From assembly GCA_977030845.1 (NCBI GenBank), contig OZ365114.1, forward strand, positions 17,918,001-17,982,000: 64,000 nt of DNA, written 5' to 3'. Shown piece after piece: positions 38,246-52,000 of this stretch. Each line of letters opens with the position of its first letter. The first letter of the stretch is position 1. The position numbers and the translations under genes were made by a program. The notes below the pieces were generated by a model. The model searched no databases and was not told where the DNA came from. It saw only the letters and a program-made list of their open reading frames with translations. The DNA comes from Fimbriosthenelais zetlandica. Lineage: Eukaryota.

Positions 38246-38750
38246 AGGGATGTCAAACACCTTGGTATAAAGTTATTTTCCTAGATAGTTCATACCTTAC
38301 TTAGTTGATTTCACTAAAATTTATAGCTGGCTGATGCCTCAGTAGAGAGAAATCTGTTCCTAAACATGATAAGTCGCCCCAGAGTCTGAGAGTCATGAGA
38401 ATCATATGAGAGAGAGCCATCTTTACCAAGTATGATGTCACATGGTGTTGGTTAGCCAATGAGAATGAGGAAGGGGTTGGGCAGTGTCACAATTATAACA
38501 GGGAGCGCCTGTGTACTGTGTACAAAACAAAGTAATGCACAGACCCCTTCCTTATTCTGATTGGCTAACCAACACCATGTGACATTAGATGTAAAAGATG
38601 ACTGCCCTGTAACTGGTGCGATTTATCAGGCTTAGGATTTGATTTCTCTCTACTGAAACCTCAGTCAGTTATAGCTTTTAGTGAAACCAACTATGAAAAA
38701 GGTCAGAACTACTTAGGAAAATAACTTTATACCAAGTGTTTGGCATCCCC
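38246..38750. mobile_element. 505-bp fold-back MITE with ~215-240-bp inverted arms, flanked by TTAA; Kolobok-like (purine-purine termini) more likely than piggyBac
   Basis: TTAA at 38242-38245 and 38751-38754. Ends AGGGATGTCAAACAC vs reverse complement GGGGATGCCAAACAC. Perfect inverted blocks of 22 bp (38262-38283 / 38714-38735) and 26 bp (38435-38460 / 38560-38585); ~52-bp spacer at 38484-38535. The element is certain; the superfamily is inferred from the TTAA duplication plus RR termini. Confidence 0.92.
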
Positions 38751-39975
38751 TTAATAAAGACAGGACAGGGACCCAAAGCATAATATTATATCAACCACAG
38801 ATCCTATGTATATAACTTTCATTGGTCAAAGGTAGGATGTTTCACGATAATATGAATGTACGCTGTAGTTTTGTATTGAGGCAAAACATAATATAGGAGC
38901 AGCTTGAGTGGCAAAAGATACAGATCTCTATGCCTAACATAACATGTCCATAAATCTGCAGCAGAGGGCAAACCCGAGATATACACGAGGGCCTTCCACG
39001 AAGCTCACTGCTTATCGATATTAATGTGATAGACACACATTCCGGACAAGTGCAAGTCGAGTGTGCAAACAACTCAGACAACGACCAACAATCAACTTTG
39101 ACTGGTCTTAGATTCTGCTAGTATTTTTTACCATTTGAATACTCCTTCTAAATGAATATTCATTTGCTGCTATGGTGCTGCACTGATTTACATTAAAATT
39201 TTGTTTCAAACAAAATCCTGCAGGACTGAACAGAATAATATCTGGCTGGCTATGCTTTGGTGCGTTTTGCACATAACAATTTCATCATTCATAGCTGTTG
39301 AATGTGCCCTATTCATCTATGGAATGTATATAGAGTAAATAAATGTATACTTTTCATATCTTTCAAGAAATCTGGAACCAGGTAGTGAGGGTAACTTAGT
39401 ACAGTCTTACAGGTAGTATAATAGTTGATATAAAACGACTCCCTAAGGGTTATCCTTTTGCTGGAGACTGGGATGGAATCTTTGGTGCATAACGATTGCC
39501 AATGGGGAGTCTATCCTTGGCATACAAACTGAGATTTGCATGTCAAGGTGTGTTTAGTGCTCGGCTCGGTGCCCCTGCCCTGCCTCCATCATTAGATGAT
39601 CCCTGCTTCAGCTTCTGCGGCACGAAGGGACCTCAGACGGCAGCTCCCGTAAGGAGTCCCAGCTTAATATTATATGAAATTTCTTGACACACTCCCATTC
39701 CAAGACCTAACAAATAAATCATATGTCGACATATCTACCAAGACATATTTTCTATCTAAGTCACTGCAGCATCAACGCATGGTATCGGAACCTCTTTTCC
39801 ATAAAAAAGTCAGGATCGGGAGGTATTGCAGATTTGTAGGCTTTGGAAGTACGGGCTTTCGTTTGCATGTCACAGTTCAGTTGAGGAATGATGTTTCTAT
39901 CTTGAGAATGTGTAATATTCCGAGTGAACACGCCGAATGCCTTTCCTCAGAAGTGTGTGTTGTTGCTCGTCTATA

Positions 39976-40047
39976 CAGGGGCCCTTTTCAAAAGGGATAT
40001 TAGCCATTATAGCCCTAGCATTGCTAATGTTCATTTTGGGGACCCAG
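39976..40047 (-). mobile_element. ~70-bp palindromic mini-element, copy 4
   Basis: CAGGGGCCCTTTTCAAAAGGGATATTAGCC...CTAGCATTGCTAAT: the arm matches the family and the centre is the reverse complement of ATTAGCAATGCTA seen in copy 2. Confidence 0.7.
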
Positions 40048-43000
40048 AGGCACTTTCTGGAAACATAATAAATAAAGAAAACAAAGCAATGAGAACGAAA
40101 AGACAGAACCGTATTGTATGGTCTGCAATTGCTTGTCTGCATCCGTTAGAATTTACGGCTTACATTTTTCATAAGGAGCGCAATAAATTCTCTTTACTGC
40201 TAACTAGTTGGACATAAATATAATTGTTCCTATAGAGTATACAGCTTCTGATATAGTTTCAATGGCGTTCAAGAATGCCATCTACTTTGAGGTGAATCGC
40301 AAATCCGATGAATAATGGATGGGAATGGAAGGAGAAAAATAGAGTGGGAGTTTAATAAAGCTCATCTCCCAAGGCGATTAATTAATCAAAGGCTGAATCA
40401 GAACGCCATCCATCTTGATAAATCTGGACGAAGTGACTGGCAATGTAAAGAAAAGCATCCACTTTCGCAATGCATGTATCTTTAACACTAGAAGTATTCA
40501 AACTGTAAATCAGTCATGACTAAACTTTTAGCTCAAGGTACTTGAGAATGCAGAGCAGTTTTAATACACCACTGTAACCATGGAGAAATCTAATCCTTGT
40601 TTAAAGTGCGACTACATGTTTCTACACAGTGTAGTTAAAATGAAGGAATTACTATTAGAATCTATTTCTAGCAAATAGCCTGGATGTGGGTCAACTGGGT
40701 TAAATCAATATTTTAGATTAATCTAGCATTATTAAAGGCAATTATGTGAGACGAATTATGCCCCATTCAACCTAAAATCGATTACTTCAGTTTACCTATA
40801 ATTTAGCGAGAATTATACAAGATACAAGGTCACTATAAACTAATGGATGAGATACTGCTGCAGTTCTCTTGATTCGGCGTTAGCAGCATTACAACGGTCA
40901 ATAGACAGTATTATAACCATTACTTTGATTCACGTTTAATGCAAATGACTGTTAGTGTGACTCTATATGGCGACATCTGAGGCAAAAATCAAAGTTGGCT
41001 TTGATTAACCTCTAACATAACCACTTGGCGTTAAAATATCTTTACTCATACAATATTATGTTAGGTTTGATCACTTCATATTCAACATTTAGCCATCAGG
41101 GGCTTTCAAGAGCATCGCTTTAGGCTAGGACTTTCATTCTGACGTATCAAGGCCTTTGCGTACATAGGCGGTAAATCAAAACAACCCAAAAGCTAGCTAC
41201 CATTGAATTCACCTCAAAGGATGTATATTGCTTTAAGAGGTAGATTCACCTAATGTTTAGCTCAAACACATTCGCCACACACCCAGAAACTGTATATGCC
41301 TGTACAAACTACTATGCAATAGGCGGTACAACAACCTGGTATAAAACGGTGCAACATTTGACCCTAAAGCTTTTCACGGCATGATGGAGCATCATGCATA
41401 AAAGATATTAGAATATAAACAGCCCAGCTGCCTGCCCTGATCCTATGTCATCATCAAAGAAGGGGGAATTCTATTGGTGCTGGCACATGGGAGTTGTGAT
41501 CTGTACCCACATATAAACAGAAGTAAGCCGTATACTTTTATTAGGCTCTGATTAAGGCTTACCTTATAAACAATTAATGCGGCAGCACAGTGACAATGAA
41601 CATCTCTACAGCTCTTGTCACTAGGTTCTTTGTGCGCACTTTTTATAGTAGCAATCCATAGCTCAAGTGATTTATTATATGTCAGAAACAACAAAGAGGG
41701 GGCTGTTAGAACTTCTATTGGGGATTATTGTACTGCGTCTGGGGGTATTCTGGCCATACATAAAGCGGTAAAACATTGGGCTGTTTCCCTGGAAGTCCAT
41801 ATTCAGTGGTGGTACTTAGTACCATGTTTTATAGATTTAGTTTTGCAATAATTTGTCTGTTCATAGCATCTTTATTGATTGGCCATACAATAGATTTTAA
41901 GTACAAAAGGAACTTTGACAGTTGCACTTCTTGTAGGCCTGCTTTTAAGTGCAACGTCTCACAAAGGGTTTACTTAATGTAATTTTAATCAAGTGCAGAT
42001 AAAAAAGGCAAGGTTTATAAGGTAACATATTTAGGGATAATATTTTTGTGATATGGGTAATTTGCGTTGATGAGGGATACCCTGATAATTCATGATGACA
42101 AGAGAGCCCTAATATTTTATGTGGATAAGGCATAATATATGTACACGAGATTGATATTCATGACGAGAACTTAATTAGTCCATATCATATCATGAAAATT
42201 TAAGAATGTACAGATCGTAACAAATTCCTAGGCAGGATGGATAATGAACTAACCGAAACACCAGGGATCATATCGTGTTCAGGCAGTCATATTAACATCT
42301 GCCTCTAAATGAGAGGTTCATTTCTTGCCTGGTGTCCCATTAAGTCCAACATGCAGCCTGCAGCGCCAGTCCACCCATTTGCCATAAAAGTCCTGTCATA
42401 CTATTAGTGCCTACCCCTGTATGCTTACCACTCCTGGGAATAAAAAGCCATAAATTATTTCTGATAAGCAATTGGCCCTCTGGGAGTGGTTCAGGGGAAT
42501 AACAAGAAATTGGAAAGTAGTGGGTGGATAGAGTATAATTTTAGAAAAATGTCCAAAGGGCATGAAGGATGAAGATCAAAGTATCCTTCATGATGGCAAA
42601 CGCCTTATATTTTAGGGTTTCCGACGAAGAATTTCCGTGCGTGACTGCCTAAAGATCTATATGCAGGATTTCAGAGGTAGTCAAGCTTGAAACATGATAC
42701 AATATGGAAAATTAGAAAGTACAAGAAAGTGAATGAAAGTCTCTTAACGGAATGGTAACAAACCAGTGAGACGTATTCCCTATTGCAAAGCGGCAAGGAA
42801 AGGGCGTGGTCATACAAGAAGGTCAATAAACCATACACACGACTCGCATGGCTTTCAACCGAACAATCTCAAACTGATAAGAACTATGGCTTTTGGGATT
42901 GATTTTCAATTTTCATTGAGAGTATACGTTCTTATAAACTCAATCTCCTCCTCTATATCCCTGTTTATCATGCGCACCAGGGGGAAGCCTGCGCTAGATG

Positions 43001-46000
43001 ACATTGATTCTCAAATGTGTATTACCAAGATAAATCAGCTGTATGAGACTTTCTTAGAGTTTATCCTCTTTTTTAAACAGGTTCTATGTAGACCTCCACA
43101 AACTTAGCTAAATAGAATTGATATCCCCTGGATAAGAGTGAGGGCTTTCATTATATCCCCCTACATCAGAAACGCCGAGATGATTAATGTCTCTCTAAGC
43201 ATCGCCTCTTCAAAAAAGGGCCAAAGAGATTATGGGGATTTCCTCTCTATAAAAATTATTAATGTCGCCTCTACATACCATGCCCTATAGACTTAGACAG
43301 CCACCATTTCAAACACTGTGGGTCTAATCATTAAGCGAACTTGATATGTGTAGGGAACCCTTGGGTGCTTTTACCTAAGGCACAATGGCTTTTATCAGGA
43401 TCAGCCATAACGCACACTGCACAATCTAATCAAGGCTCTGAGGATACCGGCAATTGCCTTGAGGCCTATGAAGGGACGACCTTAGCTTTGGTCAAGATAG
43501 CTCCAGGCATCATAGCTATGTCAACAAGTATTCAAGCAAGTGTTAGACTCGCAATATGTACGGCCCGGTAGTCTTTACTGAGATGGCTTTCATTGCTTTT
43601 CCATCAAGGCTAAGGGCTGGGTGACATAGGGTAACCATCTGGAATAATTTCCGTAAGATTTCCTTATAGTATGAAAGAAGGCTTCAGAGGGCGATAAGAA
43701 GGAGAGGCTGCTTTGTGTTCATTACTTTACAGTTTATAGCTACATATATGGAACCCCAGTGTAGGGATATGCTTGGAATTTGAGATTTGTATTCTTCTGA
43801 CATCAGCCTAATATGTTAGATGTCATGGAAGTGGTGGACAATTGGACCATAAAGCACTTAACGTTTGACACTGTGATGAAGACCGACTTTCCTCCAGTCC
43901 CAACTGGTTGTTGTCAGTTTCTCATACACGAAGATGGGAGTTTCTTGCCACTTATCGGAAGAATGCAAATAGCATCAAGTTATGGCATGATAGACAGGTC
44001 AATATATATAGAGTCTGGTGAAGGGAAGGCTGGCAGGTGCTGAAAGTACTATTCCCTAGTTAGAAGGTACATTACATATCAGGCAGATTCTGCACATATA
44101 TGCTGACAGAACGAAGGAGTCTGACATTACAGATTTTTGAGGGAGTCAGATATGTTTATTTTATACAGAGCCTTTTAGTCGAGATAATGTGGAAAGCAAG
44201 CTTATGAAGTTTTAGCGACCTGGCTTGCATGTGGCTGTTCAGTTCCGGAAGAATCAAGTGACTCAATAGAACACATTTCAGCTTCAGGAATAAGTACGAT
44301 CAGCCCAACCAACATGTTTTAATGTGAATCTGAGAAAACATCTGTGGTATATTGTCTGAAAGGCATTGCATGGTGCAAGGTAGATCGATTAAAATGATTG
44401 TTGAGGCATAATTTGAGAAACATTAGGTCCAGGGCAGGCGTAACACCATCAGATTAAAGATCCAATGGCTGGCATTTGTTCCCAGCGAAGAGAGAAATCA
44501 AGAAATGTTGATCATGTGAAAAGAAGGTAATTATCTTTCTTGAACCAACATGATAAGGGAAAATTGCCGATGCCTCTGGTTTTTATTGGCTTCAAATTAT
44601 CAGATGACAGAGCACATGGCAGCATTGGATTGAATTGGACCAAATCAAAATGGAAAAACCTAGATAACATGGAATGAGCATTTATCACCTGACATAATCA
44701 CTTGAGTGCTTTGAAAAAGACCTGAAATTGAATTGATTCAATAAAACACTTCCAAGAATGAACCAATTTGACATGTATGTTTTCACCTGCAGGGTCCAAT
44801 CGAGTTGCTTCTTAGATTATTTAATACCAGCGTGACATGCATGGCATCTAAAATTTAAAACAAACCACAGAAGTTGACACAAGTGGGTCTGCCTTAGATC
44901 AATATATTGAGCAGCAGAAAGACAGACAGGCTCGATGTGTTTATGGTTGAGGGATAGAGTGGACAGCAAAGTAACAGAAATCGATGGGTAAACCCTGCCA
45001 TGCGTAGAATCCCACGTGCCTGAGTGGTTTACTTGAGCCCCATGGATGACCCACAACTCTTCAATTGATATGCCATCTCACAACCAGTTATTGTAGAAAA
45101 GGGATTAACTTGCGATTGGCATAGTGTTAATAAAACATCGTGTTGGTTGCCCACATAAAACTATGTTAAAGAGCCTCCTGAGTTTGTCCTAAGTTAAAAA
45201 TCGACAACCCCTCAAAGCTCAATGTTTGAACGCATGGTGTTGTTGGGGTTTGTTTTAAACCTCATGGATCCATAAACAAAATGTACTTCCGGTCTGATAT
45301 TTAAGTTCTACTTGCAATGAACCACTTGAAATATTCTCTAAATTATCTCAAGAAATGATATGATATAAGCGCTACCCAGAATCGAGCATTTCAGTGTGGC
45401 CTATGTTCCCAATATACTTGTTTCAATATTTGCATGATGCTTTTTCAAATTTAGAGAACATATTTAACAAGTTTCATATATCCATTTCTGTTTGCACACA
45501 TCATGCATGGAAGACCACTCATGAATACTTTATTGCTAGGTGGAAGGCCTCGTTTTCTTCCAATCAAATATACCAGGAAATGGCAACAATGTATCACCGT
45601 GAATGACAATTATTACGTTTGTTTCTTATTGTTCAGACTAAACTTCTCATATAGCTACCATCAGGCACTGTCATGAACCAGGAAACATCACATCTCATTA
45701 GACTTCAATTGATCCTCAGATGCAACTCTGGTCGGTGATATAAATCCAACTTAAAACATAATGAATTGGCAATGGTAACGTGGTTAGGGAAGGGCAACCT
45801 CTACCTTGCTTGCCGGCAATATTTCCCATTTCCCGTCCTCTTCCCATGCCTAATATGTCCTTATATTGACCTGGTTCATGGGAACAGTCTACCCACCAGT
45901 GACCATCTCTAAGAAGAGGGCAATAGAGGTCCTAAAGAAGGTCCATTTATTTCCCATGGTGGCTGTGTGGAGCTCAATGCATACGTCCCTCTCAGAGCCA

Positions 46001-49000
46001 ACATTAAGGCCAGTGAATGCTGATTAATATGTTTCCTTCCACTCAGGCTATATTTACACCAATATCCATTGAGAAAATGATTCATTTCCAATTCAGGTCC
46101 GTGTACGACTGAAATGCTACCAGAATTGATATTAGGACCGAAACCGAAGAACTCAAGCTGGTCGAATTTCCCCAATTAAAGGAGTTCTTCAAAAGTGACA
46201 ACATTATATATGGTCCATTTTCTGACAACATGAGGGTCCACACAACAATAAACAAAAATATAACAATGGAACCTTATCTTATATCTATCACCAGTTAAAT
46301 TGAGAAGTGCGCCGCATTTCCCATAAAACAAATCTATAGGAGTTGGGATCAATATAGATATCAACCGGAAATGACATCACGAAAAGGCCATGATTCAACA
46401 ATGAGTAAAATCATCTGCCCCAGAAATGAATTGAGTATCAAACGATATTTAAAGTTAAATACGTAAAATGGTGAATTGTAAAATATTTCCAGAATAAAAT
46501 CCTAATGCGCTTGAAGCAAATCACCAAAGGTTTCTTTTATGAATGAGACTGGTAACGGTCTCCATTTAAACTAAAAACGCAGGGGGAAGCTGAATCACTT
46601 TTCACAGCCTCATTTAATTGATTTCTCCCATACTTTGCTGGGCAGACTATAAACTCTGTAACATCTTAAAATGAAGCTGTTCCCTAGCCATTCACCGATA
46701 GCTGATGAATGGAATGGGGGCAGATTAGATGGTGCCCTTAAATATCAATGTCTGCACTCGACTTCTATTAAAAGGCACAACTTTGCTCTTGTGAATTAAA
46801 TCTAATCTGTCGCGGGCTTTAATCCCGAGTGGAAGTCCCCCATTCGAGGGGTGAAACAAGCACAGTTGGTATTTTTGTGATCAACAGAATATTTATCAAC
46901 CGGTGATTGGTGCTCATTCCAATAACAACTGCAGTTATTGCTTTGGTGTTTACATTCAATCAGGTAAACAGAAAAAAACAAAAATTTAAAAAATGGACAT
47001 TTAGAAAAAAAACTATTCAAGTTCTACTGTCTGACTAAGAGATACTGAGATACCCCTCTAGTGCTGCATCTGTGCAAGTTTGAAAAGTTGGTCAGGACAA
47101 ATGAGAGTTACTTTTATCTATTAAAATCATCGAATAAATTGCACTGTGGACTGTTTCATCCAATAATACATCACTGACACTTGACGTGCAATTGCAAACC
47201 AACTAATTAGCATCCATTTATTCCATCCCTAAAATGATTTGACCGACCATTTCTGATTGAACGGGGATCACTTTTCACAGGAATGATGAAGAAGAAGAGC
47301 TGGGAAGATTGCTTCACTAGACGGAGAGGAAAGAATAGAAGAGGAAGAACCGGCGATAAGGGTAGAAATAGAACCCGAATACCAACACATCCATTGAGGC
47401 GAGGACCACCGCTGATATGCTTACCTTTTTGCAGAATAGAAATGCTTTTAATGGACTATATATTGCCAGATCTCCATTAAATTGGCAAAGCCTTGGTAGG
47501 GTTCATTAAACAGAGGAGTAACTCAATTAAGAGTTAATTACAATAAGATAGATTGCTCCCCGTTCCCAGCATGCAGGCTAACATAACAACAAGGAATTTC
47601 AGAGTATTCTGCGAAAGTGAGTTAATGGAATCGCAAGTCATGATGATTATTAGAATCCAGGGTCACCTTCATATGAACATTAACGAAGCCCACATATGGC
47701 AAATGTTGGGAAAATGCCAGCTTGATAATAATTCTAGAATACAGTACCCATTATCCTTCAATTTGTCTAATACAACCTTGTGGTTCGTGTACTTTGTCTT
47801 GCTTCCAAAGCTAAAAATATTTACAGTCCATGTCAGATATCAATGCAAAGTGGTTTTGCTTTTTGTTTCGCAGAAAGGAGGAATAACACATAGTTAGAAC
47901 CCTTTGGAATAGGAACATCGAGTTAGTCGATCGCCTCTAGGAAGAGATAGGGAACAAATTGGATCGGCAAAGCGATAGGAAAAGATCCAATATTTGTATC
48001 TGGAGTCAGTCAAATTTGATTAGACCTCTCCATTCCCAAGTGAGATGCTTCTTTCTGTAAATAGAGAATTTCTTCTGTGGAACTTTTAGTTGCCTTTGTC
48101 ATGACATGCCATGACAGGATTTCACCTAATATTTACTTAACAGAGATGAATTCCACCAAGTACCATTGCATAGTAAAATAGGCCTATAACTGCAACAGCA
48201 TATCGTAATAGCTTCTATTGACTGTAACTTTCAGTTGGCATTCACTCCCCAATTCCATATGCGTATTTCCTTAGAAACCCGAATGCACCGCGGAATTCAT
48301 CTTAATAATTATCGATAAAAATTATAATGGAAGTATGGGCAACAAGCGGTAACAATAATTGTAGTCAAGAAGTTCTCCCAATGCATATATTATTTTTTAA
48401 ACCGTGTGGGATTGCCAACACATGATGCTGGGAAACACACTCATCTCACCCCATTAAGGTAAACCTGTAATGGATGAGTTGGTTTTATTTAAAACCTGCA
48501 GCTGCTCCTGAAAGTAGAAAGAGCTTTGGAATGCCAAACAAATTCTACCTAAACTGATGATGCAGCGATAAGTGCATTCAATCCGACCAACACAGCACAT
48601 TGCTTATACATTCAAATGAGCTAACATCAGGATTGCTGAAACATGGTGCACACTTGAGGCCATCCAAGTTTCAACTTGGTAGATTTTACAAGTGATTTGG
48701 TATCCACTTGGAATTCCTGGACTTATAGAAAGCGGCAGTTGCACAAAGCCCCAGAATGAAGTGGGATGTAGTGTCTGATACTATGCATCTCTGTGCCTAT
48801 TATCCCAAGGCATTCTTAAAGGAAAGGGGAAAATTCCAGGAATGCCAACATCTACCTATCCCCACCCAGCACATGCACTTGGTGTATTTGATTTGTGAAT
48901 CTATATATCCACTTCGCCTAGAAGATAATGGGGAACATGGAGAGATATAATAAGAGCTATAACAAGTTAATATACCCAGACCATTCTAGATTGACAGGGT

Positions 49001-52000
49001 GGTTTCCCTGACATTTACCCTATAATAATGTGGCATGGATTTAATACCAGGAACACATTCCCTGATCATGGAATTTCCTTACACTTAAGATCCTGTCTCA
49101 AAGGTATGTGTTCTTAGGGAACTGAAGCATAGCATTTACACCTAAGTATAACAGTGTGTGATATTTAACAGATTTTGACGCAGGAGATATAAAAACCATT
49201 GGATGTTATATCAAAGTATGTACTTCATATGATATTGAAGAGTTTTTATATGAAATACCTCCGTCCACCCACCCTAAGATACAGGCTGTCATTCTGCCCA
49301 TCAGCCCCTGCCTCTTGGCTTTCCTCGACATTTCCTCAGGTAATATGAGTCAGTGTGAGTCTCATGCATCACCTGCAAGGTGTGGAGGAGGCCTGAGATT
49401 GATAAGGTGAAAATTTAATTATCACGATTGGAATTGGGGGATGAAATTTGAAAGTAATCTTATTAGACCTGAACGAGAGTAGGGTGCAAGATAGATATAC
49501 TGGGGATAACTATATGAAGAAAAAGCTCTGTAAAATTATCTTAATTAACTTATTGTAGCGTATTCCTAGACGGATTTCACGATTGATGAGTATCAAGGTT
49601 TTTGTTCGTGGTGACAATTATAAAGCATTCTTTGGGTTGCACAATTCAAGTCCAAAGCGCTTCTAGAAGACAAACTCAAATCCTGAAAATGATTGGCTGA
49701 TTCAAACTAAGCTAAAAGTCCATAGTATACTGTATATACAGGCAAAAGTAGGCTCTATACATAACTATCTTGCATTTCAAATTAAAAAGTCATTCAAAAT
49801 CGAAAAGATAATTTGAAAATGGTATATAAATAGGTCACAGGTGGCTATAGAAGAAGTAAACATGTATTTCAAACGAAGATGTAATAAACATAGCCTGCAA
49901 CTAGTATGGAGCCAGAAACAATGAAAGTGTTGATACATCTATGTACACTGCATTGTAGACAAGAAAATGTGGATGAAAAGTTCAATGTTACGTATCCATA
50001 TAGTAGGCCAATGAAATTTACAACACAAATAATGGAATGGGAAATACATCGAGGAGCCCCTAGGACAAAAAATTAATCAATGAAATCATTAGTGAGGATG
50101 TCAGCTCTACTTGCCTGAACTTCCTTGAAGTGGTATGTCTTGCTGTGACTCACAGTAATAATTTGCCCGAGTAGAATAAGCACCAGGAGTGTCAAGGTGG
50201 CCATGGAAACGAATGGATCCTTGGCTGGGTAGTACAGCTGCATGGTATCTAGATTAAGGAGAGATCAAGCCATCAGGGTGAAGAAGGGTAAATCACTGAC
50301 ATGTGGAGTAGTTGAAGCTCCTCTTGTAGCAGAAGTAGTAATAGCAAGGAGAGGAGAGGGATGCTGATGATGGTATGATATAAAAATGTATTTCCCATGT
50401 ATTCCCACAACCTCAAGTGTGGATCACGTAGGCATGACTCCGAACAAGCCAGCTCTTTGGAAATTTCAAATTCCAACCGAATTCGTAATTATAATTAAAA
50501 AAAATATCAAGAAACTGACATGGATTAACTGGTTAATGTTGACTGTATTCTCTATAGTGAGGTACAGAGTCTTCGATTATATGTTTAATAGTACTTAGTC
50601 AATATCTGGGAATGTTTCATCTATATGATCCTTCGGAACTGTTGAGGAAATTCTGGCATCATTTTGCATGGATCTATGACATATTTCCAGATGAGTGGCA
50701 GACTGGGCCAGCTTTGCTATGTTTGGGGTTTGACTTATAAGTTGTTGGAGGAGTTTATCTCATCTAGTTCTTGCTTGCTTAGTAACACATCCAGAAGAGT
50801 CCCCTGATTTATAGTACCAAAGCTCTTACTCTTCTGCTGCAGCAACAGCAGATCCCGCCCAAGTACAAACACGCCGCGGGCCCGCGAGGCAGTTCCCCTA
50901 TAGAACCACTGGCCCACAAATGGCAGGTGAAAATCCCACAAATGCAGCCACCACCGTTAGCCTCCCTCTACCAAGCACCTCCCTAATGATGTCCATGGCA
51001 AGAGACGGCTCACTCTATTGCTTTAGGGAGTCTCCACTCAAGGTAGTACCAGAAGCAAAGTCTGCCCACACTGCCTGGGTGGGATTAGTGAGCTATGCAC
51101 ACAGATCCAGCCTCGCCGGTAGGGGCTTAGGGACATTGGCCCTGCCCAGGGCCTTGTTGTGGCCCTCCTGGTGGGGCTTTATGGTGGAAATGGGGGAAGG
51201 AGACAGCTAATGACCACAGGTGCCCTTTGGAAGAATATAGGAGGGTTGACAGGCACAATCCCCTGCAGGGTAAAGAGTGGATCTTCTATGATATAGAAAC
51301 TCGATCAACTCGGCTTGCTATCTGCCAACTGTATACACACGGCAGCATTTATTGAAATTATACCGATATGGGGGCATTTGGAGTGATTTCCATGCCCTGG
51401 GTTCTATAGGTTAATGACTTGAGTCAAGTGGAGAAAACGGAAGTGCATTCAGAAAGCTAAGCTTCTTCAATCTGAACGTCTGAGTCCCTGACAATGGCAT
51501 TGACTTACTTTCCCACTCGGCCAGAGAAGGAAGCAGGTACAAAATGATTAATAGTGGCCAGGCCACATGGTATCCATTAGATGGAAGACCAACACCTGTG
51601 TATATATTAGTTGAAAGAAAAGTTTTAAAAACGAAAAACCACACCCTTTACATAAACAAATAGTCCCGGAGGGAGTGCCACAAATGATGTTAGCAAAAGA
51701 AATATTGCTTCCGTCAATATGACTTAACTGTTCCTTGCAAACAGGCTATATTTTGGGGGGCAAACTACCCTGAAAAAAGTAAAGGATAGCCAGAGTTGTG
51801 ATCAGGGGATATCTGATGCATGTTTCTGTCATATCTAGCAATCTAGACTATAAGGTGAAGGGAGCTGGGGGATAGGGCAGAGTCCCTGTGGAATCAGCCG
51901 AGTTTGTCTATGTCAGTCCACCTTCTGCTCCCAAAGCTCTTTACCTCAGCCAACTCTTTGGTCAGGAGTTAAGAGGAATGGGCAGTGGGCTTGACTACTT

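Noticed and set aside
22540-40047. Palindromic repeats as a CRISPR-like array
   Set aside because: Copies are kilobases apart, in both orientations and diverged; there are no regular spacers or cas genes, and the context is eukaryotic.
45315-45480. Weak inverted repeat (TTCTCTAAATT / AATTTAGAGAA)
   Set aside because: Only an ~11-bp AT-rich core matches well; no ends or target-site duplication could be defined.
46767-47160. TTAAAGGCAC start followed by AT-rich, transposon-like sequence
   Set aside because: No matching inverted right end was found, so a Kolobok-like element cannot be delimited.
47266-47400. Acceptor-like site followed by a GA-rich stretch
   Set aside because: Low-complexity purine tract; the acidic frames are interrupted by stops.
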